64,000 bases of DNA from an uncultured Alphaproteobacteria bacterium (GCA_963782975.1 CAWALT010000002.1:266533-330532), one strand, 5' to 3'. Counted from the stretch's first letter, positions 20,955 to 31,443 are shown. Made by a program: numbers and translations. Notes: a model not told the origin generated them from the sequence alone.

Positions 20955-20991
20955 TAAAAAATCTCATAAAATAGGTTAATTTTATGAGATT
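20955..20991 (-). terminator. Intrinsic terminator
   Basis: aatctcataaaat-aggtta-attttatgagatt with a U-tract on the minus strand. Confidence 0.7.
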
Positions 20992-21030
20992 AAGGAGCTG
21001 TTTTAAGGTAATCGAAGTGACATCGTCCAG

Positions 21031-21564
21031 TTAAAAGAGGGGCGGTGGAGGAATATTGCTTCTCTTTTGTTTTAGCGAGTGGCGTATTCCTTGAGTGATT
21101 TCTTCGACCTTTTGTTGGTGGAAAGAGTGAGGTACATTATCAAGCTGGAAGGAGCGCTCCTGCATTTTCCGAGAAAGGTCCTTCACTTTAGGCTTATCAC
21201 CAGCTTGTCTATATAGTTGCCTTGCTTTAATGTAGAGAGCTCGTGCTATGGAATGATACTCTTCCCCTTTTACAAGAAGGAGAACATCTCCAAAACGTTC
21301 ATACATATTCGCTACGGTCTTTCTATTTTCTTCCGTAGAGTTTGCTTTAAGCTGAGCATTGAGCTTATTAAAAAACTCTTTTAAATTAATATAGATGCTG
21401 CCTCTCTTTTTTCTAAAATTTTGGCTCTTGTTCTTGCTTTTTATCGTTTCATCTACCGATTGGTGAATTTCAGCAACCTGTTTTGGATACCGAGCATGTG
21501 TATGATGGGAACAGAGAACTATCATAACCGTGATACTTAAAAAAAATCCCAAGCTTTTTAACAT
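21031..21564 (-). CDS. Secreted hypothetical protein (helical, PPPP tail)
   Basis: Leader ending THA; basic helical body. Confidence 0.7.
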   Translation of the reverse strand: MLKSLGFFLSITVMIVLCSHHTHARYPKQVAEIHQSVDETIKSKNKSQNFRKKRGSIYINLKEFFNKLNAQLKANSTEENRKTVANMYERFGDVLLLVKGEEYHSIARALYIKARQLYRQAGDKPKVKDLSRKMQERSFQLDNVPHSFHQQKVEEITQGIRHSLKQKRSNIPPPPLF

Positions 21565-22023
21565 TTTAATGTCCCGCTCTGTTATTTAGGTCCTATTAAA
21601 TTTACAGATAGAATCTATCATTACAGGAAGAAGTTTAACCGAAGAGTTGTTATCAATAAGTTAATAAAGGAGTTTATTTTTAGTTTTAAACTTTCCTATT
21701 TCATGATTTTTGTTTTTTACCCAAATGTGTCTTTGAGGCTATAGTTCTCTAGGAGGATTTACTATTATAGGGTTTTTTTTCTTAAAAAAGTAAGGATAGA
21801 GGCCGACTAGGGGAGAGACAAAGAGGCATCCTTAATCCTACTGGAAGTGCTGGTTCCTAAGTGATTTTGGAAGCAAAAAAACATTTTTTCTTAAAGAGGT
21901 GCATATAATAGTTGTTTTTAATTTGAGCAACTGTTATATGAAGGAATAGGGTAGTTGTCATACAGTTATTAAATCAGAGTATTGCTCCTTGCTGAATACT
22001 TGTCCAAGGGTGGAGTAAAATTG

Positions 22024-22809
22024 ATGTCAAAGCGGCGCCAACTTTATGAAAATAAGCAAAATGTAGTTTTCGAGGGTCCCGAGCCTGGAACCCTTGTCCA
22101 GTATTTTAAAGACGGGCAAAATCCTTGTCATTCTCAAGCTTTGGATATTACTAAAGGGGAAGGCGTCTTAAGTAATCGTATTACCGAGATTATTATGAAG
22201 CGCCTTGGCGATATGGGCGTAGTATCACGCTTCGTTAAGCGAATTAATATGCGTGAGCAACTTATCAAAACGACGGAGCCTCTTCCTTTTTCACTTCTGG
22301 TACACAATTATGTAAATGAGTCTTTTGCGGAAAGGACAGGCTTGGCATTAGGGACAAAGCTACCAAGCAGTATTTTTGAATTTTGGTGTGAGGATAAGCG
22401 TCGTCAAAAAAAGTTTTTTGTTTCTGAAAGTTATGTGACTGCCTTTAAAATGGCATCAAGCTATGACATTGATGATATGGTTGCTACTGCTGGACGAGTC
22501 GCTGATTTTTTGTGGGGATTTTATTCGGCGATTGGATTAAAGTTAGTCAACTTCCAAATCCATTTTGGTCGCAAATATGATGAAGCAAGTGAATATGAGC
22601 GTATTATCGTTTCGACAGAAATTGGCCCTCATATTTGTGAATTATGGGATTTTGAAACCGACGCGCTGATAACGCGTGGCGATGAGTCTTGCAGTTTAGA
22701 GGTTTATGAGATGATTGCTGATCGCTTAAATCTTAATAATCAACCTCCAAGCCTTCTTGACCATGCAATCCACTTACAAAACATTATCCCTCTTTCGGTG
22801 AAAGAGTAG
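22024..22809 (+). CDS. purC: Degenerate SAICAR synthetase (PurC-like)
   Basis: EGPEPGTLVQYFKD, G.L.NRI, RINMREQL match alphaproteobacterial PurC; catalytic motifs are altered. Confidence 0.8.
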   Translation: MSKRRQLYENKQNVVFEGPEPGTLVQYFKDGQNPCHSQALDITKGEGVLSNRITEIIMKRLGDMGVVSRFVKRINMREQLIKTTEPLPFSLLVHNYVNESFAERTGLALGTKLPSSIFEFWCEDKRRQKKFFVSESYVTAFKMASSYDIDDMVATAGRVADFLWGFYSAIGLKLVNFQIHFGRKYDEASEYERIIVSTEIGPHICELWDFETDALITRGDESCSLEVYEMIADRLNLNNQPPSLLDHAIHLQNIIPLSVKE

Positions 22810-22818
22810 ATTTTTGCC

Positions 22819-23055
22819 ATGGCAATTGAGTCATCGATCTTAATAGATCGGCTTAAAGCAAAATTTCCCGATGCGGATATCCGCCTAATAGATTATCGTG
22901 GTGATGCTAATCATTACCAGCTCGTGATAAAGTCAAAAGCTTTTGCTGGTCATTCTCTTGTGGCGCAACATAAGCTTGTCTATGAAGCGTTGGGTAATGT
23001 GGTAGGTGGTGATCTCCATGCCCTAAGCGTTACGACACTTCCGATAGAGGACTAA
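22819..23055 (+). CDS. bolA: BolA/IbaG family protein
   Basis: D..GD.NHY..S.AF.G.SLV.QH.LVY.AL..LHAL. Confidence 0.93.
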   Translation: MAIESSILIDRLKAKFPDADIRLIDYRGDANHYQLVIKSKAFAGHSLVAQHKLVYEALGNVVGGDLHALSVTTLPIED

Positions 23056-23071
23056 GAGAGGTTTATTGAAT

Positions 23072-23422
23072 ATGTCTGATATTATGATACAAATTGAAAA
23101 AGCTATAAAAGAATCCCCTGTTATTTTATACATGAAGGGGAATGCCAATTTCCCTATGTGCGGTTTTTCAGGTGTAGTTGTTGATATCCTGAAAAAGATG
23201 AAGGTCGATTTTACCTGTGTTGATGTGCTCCAAAACCCTGAAATACGTCAAGGCATAAAAGAATATAGTCATTGGCCTACGATCCCTCAGCTTTATATAA
23301 AGGGGGAATTTATTGGCGGTGCTGATATTGTTCGCCAGATGTATGAGACGGGGGAGCTTTTTGAGCTGCTAACAAAACAAGGTCTCTTAGACTCATCAAG
23401 CGTCCAGGCTTCTAACGCCTAA
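23072..23422 (+). CDS. grxD: Monothiol glutaredoxin Grx4
   Basis: MKG..P.CGFS, WPTIPQLY.KGEFIGG.DI. Confidence 0.96.
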   Translation: MSDIMIQIEKAIKESPVILYMKGNANFPMCGFSGVVVDILKKMKVDFTCVDVLQNPEIRQGIKEYSHWPTIPQLYIKGEFIGGADIVRQMYETGELFELLTKQGLLDSSSVQASNA

Positions 23423-23785
23423 CGCTTTTTCGAGCGTGTTACTATGTACTTATCTCTTGAATTCATGTTTTAACCGGTTGGTTCCTTTTGGTTATTAATG
23501 TCCTGTCGGTGTCTTGCATAGAGGGAGAGGCGGTCGTTTTCCCTGTGTTGTCTCCTTGTGAGTGCTTTTAAGGAAGGAGAGAGGAAGGGATAAATTTTAA
23601 AAGTCCTTCAGCAGCATGAGGCCTTAACACTCGCTTACATAAGATGCCATTCTTAATACTGGGAAACCCGGTTTTTCTATCTTTTCAAGATATTTTATTG
23701 GATGTTACATATATTATATGTTAAGTTCTTATGAAAATTTGTTGAGACATTCTCTAAGGCATATAAGTGGAAAGGTGTCGAGAAG

Positions 23786-24523
23786 ATGAAAAAGAATATA
23801 ATTATCTATGTGGTCGCATCGGTCTTTGTCGTGCTAGCCGGTGTATTTTTTTATGGGAAAGATGCGTTTAATGACGGTAAGCAGGATAAGCTTGAACAAG
23901 AACAGGAAGAGAAAGTTTTGTCTGGCTCTTCGAGGGAAGGGGAAGGAAAGCTTCCTGAGAAAGAGGTAGCCGTTCCGGGAAAGGTGAAAGACGAAAACCA
24001 GCCGTCAGTTGATAAAACAAATAATAATAATCTCTCAAAAGAAAAGGCCACCAAAGATTTATCAAATAACAAAGTCATTCAAAAGAGTACGAAGGAATTC
24101 GGACACTGGGGGTTTGCCCTTGATGAATATACGAAAATAAATGAGATGTACGTATATCAAAATGTCAAAAATCGCGATGGGGCTCAATTTATGAGTATCC
24201 GTATAGGGTGCAACGACCACAATTTCCAGACGGTTGGCGTTTTCAGTTTGCCGCTCGGTGTAAGTTTGGTTCCTGGTTTCGCGATTCAAGTAGATGAACA
24301 TAAGCAAAAGAATTATCCTTTTACGCGGTGTGCTGCCGGGGTAGGTTGTCAGTCTTATATTCCGTTGGATGATGAGATAATAGAAGAAATGAAAAAAGGA
24401 AAAGAGCTTTCAGTAGGTTTTAAAGACGCTACTGAAGAAACAGTTGTACTCAAGTTACCGCTGGACGGTTTTTCCTCGGCGTATAAGGAGTATGAAAAAG
24501 AAGTCAAGTCTCGAAAAAAATAG
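23786..24523 (+). CDS. Invasion-associated locus B (IalB) family protein
   Basis: N-terminal TM, charged linker, FGHW..LPLGV.L..G...VD..F.RC...GC..L.GFS.A. Confidence 0.8.
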   Translation: MKKNIIIYVVASVFVVLAGVFFYGKDAFNDGKQDKLEQEQEEKVLSGSSREGEGKLPEKEVAVPGKVKDENQPSVDKTNNNNLSKEKATKDLSNNKVIQKSTKEFGHWGFALDEYTKINEMYVYQNVKNRDGAQFMSIRIGCNDHNFQTVGVFSLPLGVSLVPGFAIQVDEHKQKNYPFTRCAAGVGCQSYIPLDDEIIEEMKKGKELSVGFKDATEETVVLKLPLDGFSSAYKEYEKEVKSRKK

Positions 24524-24564
24524 ATAATCTTAATCACGGTAAATAATTGGGAGGGGAGATTTAG

Positions 24565-26163
24565 ATGGCGGATAAATTTGATGTTTCTCATTTAAAAGAA
24601 AATGAGGCTTTAAACGAGGAAAGATACGATAAAGTTCCTTATGAAAGCATGGCCTTTGAAGCGACTCACCCTCAAAACCTCTACGCAATTGGTAAATTAT
24701 TTGGCTTAAAACCGATTGATTACACAAAAGCTAAAGTCCTTGAGCTTGGTTGTGGCGCAGGGTGCAACCTTATTCCTATGGCTAAGCTTTTACCGAATTC
24801 TTCTTTTGTAGGAATCGACTTATCAGAAATTCAAGTGAAACAAGGACAAGAGCTTGTTGAGGATTTAAAGCTCACCAATATAAATATTGAAAAAAAGTCC
24901 ATCTTGGACTTCAGCGAGGCCGATGGAAAATTTGATTATATTATTGCTCATGGTGTTTATTCGTGGGTTCCGCCGGAAGTTCAAGAGAAGATGTTCGAGA
25001 TTTGTCACACCAACCTATCTCCCCGCGGCATCGCTTATATAAGCTACAATGTATTACCAGGATGGAATCCTATTAAGTCCTTGCGTGAAATGATTCTTTA
25101 TCACACGAAGCGTTTTTCTGAGGAAGGTGAAAAAATTGCCCAGATGCGTGCTTTGCTTGGGTTCATTAAAGAATCTTTGAGTAATTCGGCGGATGTTTAT
25201 AAAAAATATATTGTCGAGCAAATTGATAGTATCTTAAAGCAGCGCGACTCTTACTTAGCGCATGAATATTTAGAGCTTACTAATTCTCCTGAATATCTCT
25301 ACCAATTTGTCGAGCGAGCAACGCGGCATAAATTAAAATACTTAGCCGATACGTATGTTCCTAGTATGTATGTAGGCAACCTTCCCGAGAACGTGCAAAA
25401 AGTTCTCAATACAGCCGACGATATTGTGCGCATCGAGCAATATATCGACTTTTTGTCGAATAGGCGTTTCAGACAATCTTTACTCGTCCATGAACACCAA
25501 GTGATCAATCGAAAACTTGATCCGGAGGTGACCGACGAATTATATTTTTCGACAGTTTATGTGCCTGACAATGGGGGGCAAGAAATAAAAGACTATTCTC
25601 ATCTTAAGTTTGTTACGCGGAATGAAAAAGGGAATGAAGTAACTACACGAGGGGAGATAACCACAGCGGCTTTATGTGCCCTGGGTGAATTTAAAACGCC
25701 TGCCAAAATAAGAGAGATTGCAAAGCAAGCTGCGGAGAAAATTGGGCGGGAAATAGATAAGGAATTCTTGAAACAAATTAAAATCGAGGTGTTGCGCTTT
25801 TTGTTACACGGTGTGATAAAATTTTATGGTGGCCCAAGTCCTTCGGTTGCTAAAGTGTCCGAGAAACCAAAAATATATGATTTGGCTTCTTACATGGCGC
25901 GCAAATTTGTTTGGGTTCCTAATTTACACCATATGGCTATTGGAACTGATCTTGGTACGCGTATATTGCTCCAGTATATGGATGGTAACCATACGGTTGA
26001 ACAGTTGCGGGAAAAATTATTAGATCACCTTGAAAAAGGGGATATTAATTTTAACGTCGAAGGAAAGCCCGTCACGGATAAAGAGCAGCAATGTCAAATT
26101 ATCGAGCGCTTTGTCGAGCAGAGACTCGAATTTTTCTTAAAGAATGCGTTGCTTGTTGCGTAA
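24565..26163 (+). CDS. SAM-dependent methyltransferase with regulatory domain; Rickettsia PKMT (OmpB lysine methyltransferase)-like
   Basis: YDKVPYES, LELGCGAGCNLIP, FDYIIAHGVYSWVP, AYISYNVLPGW, DIVRIEQYIDFLSNRRFR, terminal NALLV. Confidence 0.85.
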   Translation: MADKFDVSHLKENEALNEERYDKVPYESMAFEATHPQNLYAIGKLFGLKPIDYTKAKVLELGCGAGCNLIPMAKLLPNSSFVGIDLSEIQVKQGQELVEDLKLTNINIEKKSILDFSEADGKFDYIIAHGVYSWVPPEVQEKMFEICHTNLSPRGIAYISYNVLPGWNPIKSLREMILYHTKRFSEEGEKIAQMRALLGFIKESLSNSADVYKKYIVEQIDSILKQRDSYLAHEYLELTNSPEYLYQFVERATRHKLKYLADTYVPSMYVGNLPENVQKVLNTADDIVRIEQYIDFLSNRRFRQSLLVHEHQVINRKLDPEVTDELYFSTVYVPDNGGQEIKDYSHLKFVTRNEKGNEVTTRGEITTAALCALGEFKTPAKIREIAKQAAEKIGREIDKEFLKQIKIEVLRFLLHGVIKFYGGPSPSVAKVSEKPKIYDLASYMARKFVWVPNLHHMAIGTDLGTRILLQYMDGNHTVEQLREKLLDHLEKGDINFNVEGKPVTDKEQQCQIIERFVEQRLEFFLKNALLVA

Positions 26164-26173
26164 GTGATGCCTG

Positions 26174-27055
26174 GTGTGTAAGCGGGGAAATTTAGTAAAA
26201 GTGCTAAGGCTTTTTGCGTTTGGCGCTCTTATCATTTCTCTGGTAAGTGGATGTATTTCTATCCCAAAACCAGGTGGGAGCGACGCCCTTAAACTTGCTG
26301 GTCAAGTTGGCATGGAGTTAAAGTATGCCCCCACCGCTTCTTTTACCTTAGCCGCGTACACGGCTATTAAACCTGGCTCGGCTCCGGTTTATGTCTATCT
26401 CGAAGGCGATGGGTATGCTTATGTAACGCGCTCGATGCCATCTTCTAATCCAACACCCAGGATGCCGGTTGCTCTTCAATTAGCGACAGAACACTTGCGT
26501 AGGCGCCCTGGGGATTCGGTCCTATATTTAGCCCGTCCTTGTCAATATGTGCCTCTCGCCCAGGAGGTGCTGTGTCACGTGGCGTACTGGACGCATAAGC
26601 GATTTGCGCCCGAAGTCATCGATGCGATGGATGAGGCTCTTCGCACTCTGATAAATATTCACCAGCCTCAGGGGCCTATCTATCTGATTGGTTACTCAGG
26701 TGGGGGTGCTGTGGCCCTTTTTATTGCGGCTCGATACCCTGAGCGCGTTAAAAGCCTCGTTACGGTAGCTGGCAATGTTGATCATGTGGCTTTTAACCAT
26801 CATCATAGAGTCCCTCAGCTTCACGGATCACTCGATCCTCGAAGTGTGGTGGATAATCTTAAAGGGATTCCCCAATACCACTTTATTGGAAGTCGGGATA
26901 CCGTCGTGCCCTTGACAATTTTCCAAAGTTATCGGCGTTTTTTTCGTGATGTAGCTCCTATTAAACACGAGGTGGTGGAGGGAGTAGGCCATAACCACGG
27001 TTGGCAAGAGCGGTGGCCAACATTGATGCAAAAATTTCTTTCGGATGAGCGTTAA
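26174..27055 (+). CDS. Alpha/beta hydrolase lipoprotein
   Basis: Lipobox VSGC; YLEGDG, LARPCQY, nucleophile GYSGG, D..V, terminal H. Confidence 0.85.
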   Translation: MCKRGNLVKVLRLFAFGALIISLVSGCISIPKPGGSDALKLAGQVGMELKYAPTASFTLAAYTAIKPGSAPVYVYLEGDGYAYVTRSMPSSNPTPRMPVALQLATEHLRRRPGDSVLYLARPCQYVPLAQEVLCHVAYWTHKRFAPEVIDAMDEALRTLINIHQPQGPIYLIGYSGGGAVALFIAARYPERVKSLVTVAGNVDHVAFNHHHRVPQLHGSLDPRSVVDNLKGIPQYHFIGSRDTVVPLTIFQSYRRFFRDVAPIKHEVVEGVGHNHGWQERWPTLMQKFLSDER

Positions 27056-27103
27056 ATATGGCAGCCTTGCTTTCCTGGCCGTTTAAACAAACGGAAGAGG
27101 GGG

Positions 27104-27330
27104 ATGGAGCTTTACCTTCGTGAGTTCCCCGAAGGCTTAAGCGAAATGCCCGTGACTCGACCCTGGTGTTCCTCGAGGGGCAAGCCTATGTCAAAGTAAG
27201 GGTTCCTTGTCGCCAGAGGATGGAAAAGCCAACGCGGCAGCCGTAAGAGTAGTAAGCGAGGTGCTGAAAATCCCCAAAACGAGCCTTAAAGTGATAAGGG
27301 GACTCACGCCCCGCACAAAGGTTTGCGTTG
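27104..27330 (+). pseudogene. DUF167/YggU family remnant
   Basis: PEDGKANAA..LKIPKT.L.VI.G.T.R.K motif; the upstream part (LRV.P.A, VKVRV) is frameshifted. Confidence 0.65.
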
Positions 27331-27875
27331 GTCTGGCTCTTCGGTTGATGCACCGCGCCTTGTTGCCTTCCTCGAAAGATGTTTCCCGTCTTTCGAGGAA
27401 GGCACCTGGGAAGACATTTAAGGCTAAACAAGTATCGCGGCGGCCTATGAGGGGCGGCGTGTGAAGCCATACCCACGGATGGCAGCTCGCTCCTTTTAAA
27501 AAAGTGACCAGACCCCTGCCCAAGGGAGGGAAATTTTAAGTTTTTGATAAGGATTGCTCCGATGTTTGCGGGCGAACCAAAAGGAAAAGCCAAGGCGCGG
27601 TGTAAAAAAAGCTAAAAAGGAAAATACGCTGAAAAAGACAAGCAATATTTTTGAAAAAAGCATGATTACGCTAGGCGTTCAGAGCCGATAACGGTTGAAT
27701 TTAGCAGTGTTCTACGCCTGCTTCCTTGTTGCCCAGATGCCACACTCGGTGATTTTTTTTCGAAAAAAGGGCGCGACTTACTTGATCGAAATTCCTTTTG
27801 AGGTAAGATGCATTGATAATGTGAAGATATTATAATATTTCTAATTTAAAATTAATAAGGAAATGGGAAGTTAAA

Positions 27876-30800
27876 ATGAATTTAAAGTTAAAGAAAATCT
27901 TGCTCCTCGGAGCTTCTGCGGCGATCCTATCCGGCATCCACGTACAACAAGCAAGTGCTGATTATACGAAAGACGCTAATGTTGACGCGTCTGGTGGGCC
28001 TGTTAACTATACGCTCGACACTGCTTCAACCTTAGACGGGGCACATGGTTTTACGGCTGGAGCCAATGATGACGAACTTAATCTCAATTTTAATGGTAAG
28101 GTGATCACCACGGTTACTGCCTTTGACCTTATAAACCCTGATGATAAATCTGGACAAAAGGTGACCTTCACGGGTGGCGGTGCCTCAGAGTTGGTTCTTG
28201 TTAATGAAAGTACAACAATTAAGGGTAATGTTGCTGGGCGAGTAATCGAGTACACCCAAAGTGGTGTCAAAATCTCCAGTGCAGATGACAATGCTGCTGA
28301 TGCTGCCCTTATTTTTTACAGTACTACAGGGGCTGTAGGTGACTTTAAGTTAGAGCTTGGTAACGGGGCTGTCATTCATCAAAAAAATGCAGCTACAGAT
28401 GCCATTTTGATTGAGGCTACTCAATATAGCTCTGGTACTGTTGATATCCAATCAGGTGCCACAGTAAAAGTAGACGGCAGTGGAAATGGTATAGCGCTTC
28501 AAATCGGAGATACCAACACGCTTACCGTTAACGTTGCAGGTAAGATCGAAGGTAAACAAGCAGTAAAGTTTGGTAATAGTGCGATAACGCTTGCCTATAA
28601 AGGAACGTCTGATATTACCGGTAGCACGGAGCTTGGTGGCAATGCTGGCACAACGTTAGTGATTGAAGAAGGCGCTAAGGTAACGGGTGATATCACCGCA
28701 GGTCATGCTGATCAAGTTATTACTATCCAGAATGATAAGATCACAGGTGGGGTTAAGTCTGCTGCTGATGGAAATGGTCAACTTGTCATCGACGCTAAAA
28801 GTGTGGAGATTACAGGGGACTTGGGTACTTCTGGTGCCAATCAGCTTGCCAAGGCGACCGTTAACGAAGGTAACACCCTTCTTGCCAAAGGCAACCTCTA
28901 TGCGGATGCTGTAATCCTTGGTAAGGACACGGTTCTTGAAATGGCCGGGGAAAACAAGACAATTGGTGGCACCATTGACGCGGATGACGACGGTCGTGGT
29001 TTCTTAAAAATCTCAGATAAGACGACAGTAACGGGCGCCATTGGTGGTACCAAAACTCTGGATAAGATCGAAGTGGCTGAAGGAAAAGAGCTTATAACAA
29101 GCGCTGCCGTTACAGCTGGGACATTAACTTTAAATAAAGATGCAAAACTTAGCGCATCGGGAGCCCTTGATGTGCTCATTGATGGCGCGGCTGAGAATAC
29201 AGGTGAAGTTGTCATCGCAAATAGCTTGAACTTGGAGAAACCGATTGGTAGCACAAAGCCAGTAAAGGACGTGAAGGTTAATAATGATCAAACATTAACC
29301 CTCAAAGCGAATGTTACAGCCGAAGCAATCACCTTGGTTGGTGCTGATACTCCCGTTCTAACCATTGGAGCAAAGGATGTAACGGTTAATGCACCGATCC
29401 TCTCAGGCAATGGTAACAAAGGTAAGATCAACGTAAATGAGGACTTTACCACCAGCGCAACCATTGGTACTTCCGCGAAGAAATTAGAAGAGATTATCGT
29501 AGCTGATGAAAAAGCCTTCACGGTAAATCATGCTTTGGGCGTCAACAAGGTGACTTTAACCGGCACAGAAGGTAAGATGACAATTGCCACAGCTGATTTA
29601 GATTTGAAAAATCTTGTAGCGATTGAGGGAAATGCTAATGACAAAGGCGTCTTAGATATCAATGCCTCTGCTGATTTAAGCTCGACCACGCTAGGTGCCA
29701 CTTCTGGTTTAAGCGCGGTTAACATCAACGGCGGGGTGACAACGATTAAGACTACCTTTAAAGCCGATGACCTAACGGTAAAGGATGGCGCCACTCTTAA
29801 AGTAGATGCCAGTGACAACCGGACGATCAACCAGGCGGATTCTGGCACCTTTACTCTTGCTGGCGGTGGTTCTCTTGATTACACAGGTTCAGCTAATAAG
29901 AGCATGACACTTACTATAGAGCATGATAAGGCGACTTTAGCCGGTTCCGTTGCTCTTTCCGTTGATACGAACACAGGGGTAGCAACTCTCGTGAAGTTTA
30001 CGGGCGCAAATGCACCAGATGTAACGGGTGCGGCGCTTACACTTAAGCTTGATGGTGCGCATAGCAAGTCCGGTAGCCTTGATCTTGACCTTTTGAGCTC
30101 CAATGTAGCTTTTGTGGGTGCTGATAAAGTGGTGGTTAAAACCAACCAACTTTTGGCCAAACCGAATCTCGAGGTCAGCCTTGATTCCAAAAAGGTAACA
30201 TTGAAATCTTTAGCGAAGGATAGCGAAGGCTTTAGTAAGCTCCAGACCGTTCAAAACTCCCCCTCTCTTGGTGTGGCAAAGGTTCTTGAAACGGCAGGAG
30301 AATACACCCTTGCTGACCTTGAGACAGGTACAAAGCCACTCACGAAGATCATCAGCCATTACAACAAGATGAGCGAAGATACTGTGGCTCAAGCGTTAAC
30401 CGATGATTTGACGCCGAACCATAACAATGCGACAGCAGTTGTTGCGGATGCTGTGTCTTCATCAGCGATGCAGAACATTGCAAGCCGTATGGGTAGTCCA
30501 GTTCTCCTTGCGTCAAATACGGCTTCTGGGATGTCTGGTGTTGCCGCAGGTGATGCAGGTAAGCCTTATGGTGTCTGGGTACGAGCCATTGGCGAGCATT
30601 CCAAGCAAAAAGATATGGATGATCGCGCTGGCTTCAAGCTCAAGGGACGTGGTTTCACCGTTGGTGGTGATATGGCGACACCATGGGCTGAAAAAGTCGG
30701 TCTTGCCTTTAGCTATGCCAAGTCAGATGTAAAGCATAATAAAGGTGTCACTAAGGTTGATGTTGACAGCTTCATGATCAATGCTTACGGCGAGTTCAGA

Positions 30801-31400
30801 CCTTTAACCAACCATAATTTCTTCTTGGATGGTGTCCTCGGGTATGCGTATCATGACATTGATCAAGATCGTAAGACCTTCGAAAATAAGGTGGCAAAGG
30901 CGAAGTACAATTCCCATTATTTCGTGGCTCAGCTTATCGCTGGACATGACTTTGTGGCGAACCAGAACTTTGTTGTGTCGCCTGCGTTGGGCTTGCGTGT
31001 TGGCTCTTCGAATGATAAGTCATACACAGAGAAAAATGGTGGTGATGCAAATCTAACAGTAAACTCTCATCGTCGCACGGTCTTTACCGTATCGCCGCAG
31101 ATCAGGTTTGCTTACGCTACGAAGATTAACCCAGATTGGGAATTCTCACCGCAATTACTCTTGCGTTGGAATCATGACTTCGGTAAGCGTACACCAAACT
31201 ACACAGCACGATTCGCTGTCTTGCAAGACTCACCGTTTAGCACAAAGGGTATGACACAAGCTCGAGGCAGCATTGATGTAGGCGCAAGCGCAGTATTTGC
31301 AAGCACACAAGGAGTCGAGTTCTCACTCAACTACAATGCTCACTTACGTAAGAAGTATCGTGGCCATGCGGTTGGGTTAGAAGCAAAGTACCGGTTCTAA
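27876..31400 (+). CDS. Autotransporter (Sca/OmpB-like surface protein)
   Basis: Signal peptide; G/A/T/D/K-rich beta-helix passenger with imperfect repeats; GVAAGD..YGVW barrel start; terminal KYRF. Confidence 0.93.
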   Translation: MNLKLKKILLLGASAAILSGIHVQQASADYTKDANVDASGGPVNYTLDTASTLDGAHGFTAGANDDELNLNFNGKVITTVTAFDLINPDDKSGQKVTFTGGGASELVLVNESTTIKGNVAGRVIEYTQSGVKISSADDNAADAALIFYSTTGAVGDFKLELGNGAVIHQKNAATDAILIEATQYSSGTVDIQSGATVKVDGSGNGIALQIGDTNTLTVNVAGKIEGKQAVKFGNSAITLAYKGTSDITGSTELGGNAGTTLVIEEGAKVTGDITAGHADQVITIQNDKITGGVKSAADGNGQLVIDAKSVEITGDLGTSGANQLAKATVNEGNTLLAKGNLYADAVILGKDTVLEMAGENKTIGGTIDADDDGRGFLKISDKTTVTGAIGGTKTLDKIEVAEGKELITSAAVTAGTLTLNKDAKLSASGALDVLIDGAAENTGEVVIANSLNLEKPIGSTKPVKDVKVNNDQTLTLKANVTAEAITLVGADTPVLTIGAKDVTVNAPILSGNGNKGKINVNEDFTTSATIGTSAKKLEEIIVADEKAFTVNHALGVNKVTLTGTEGKMTIATADLDLKNLVAIEGNANDKGVLDINASADLSSTTLGATSGLSAVNINGGVTTIKTTFKADDLTVKDGATLKVDASDNRTINQADSGTFTLAGGGSLDYTGSANKSMTLTIEHDKATLAGSVALSVDTNTGVATLVKFTGANAPDVTGAALTLKLDGAHSKSGSLDLDLLSSNVAFVGADKVVVKTNQLLAKPNLEVSLDSKKVTLKSLAKDSEGFSKLQTVQNSPSLGVAKVLETAGEYTLADLETGTKPLTKIISHYNKMSEDTVAQALTDDLTPNHNNATAVVADAVSSSAMQNIASRMGSPVLLASNTASGMSGVAAGDAGKPYGVWVRAIGEHSKQKDMDDRAGFKLKGRGFTVGGDMATPWAEKVGLAFSYAKSDVKHNKGVTKVDVDSFMINAYGEFRPLTNHNFFLDGVLGYAYHDIDQDRKTFENKVAKAKYNSHYFVAQLIAGHDFVANQNFVVSPALGLRVGSSNDKSYTEKNGGDANLTVNSHRRTVFTVSPQIRFAYATKINPDWEFSPQLLLRWNHDFGKRTPNYTARFAVLQDSPFSTKGMTQARGSIDVGASAVFASTQGVEFSLNYNAHLRKKYRGHAVGLEAKYRF

Positions 31401-31443
31401 AACCCCTTTGTTTCGAACTCTTTGATCGAAAAGACAAAGCCAG

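Noticed and set aside
19473-21664. CtrA regulon across the secreted-protein island
   Set aside because: Sites at 19473 and 20918 have N6 spacing and 21650 has a mismatch; TTAA is frequent in these AT-rich spacers, so evidence is insufficient
27186-27593. Minus-strand ORFs upstream of the autotransporter
   Set aside because: No recognisable features; they overlap a plus-strand DUF167 remnant
28007-30392. Multiple antisense ORFs within the autotransporter
   Set aside because: Expected from codon bias of a long repetitive gene
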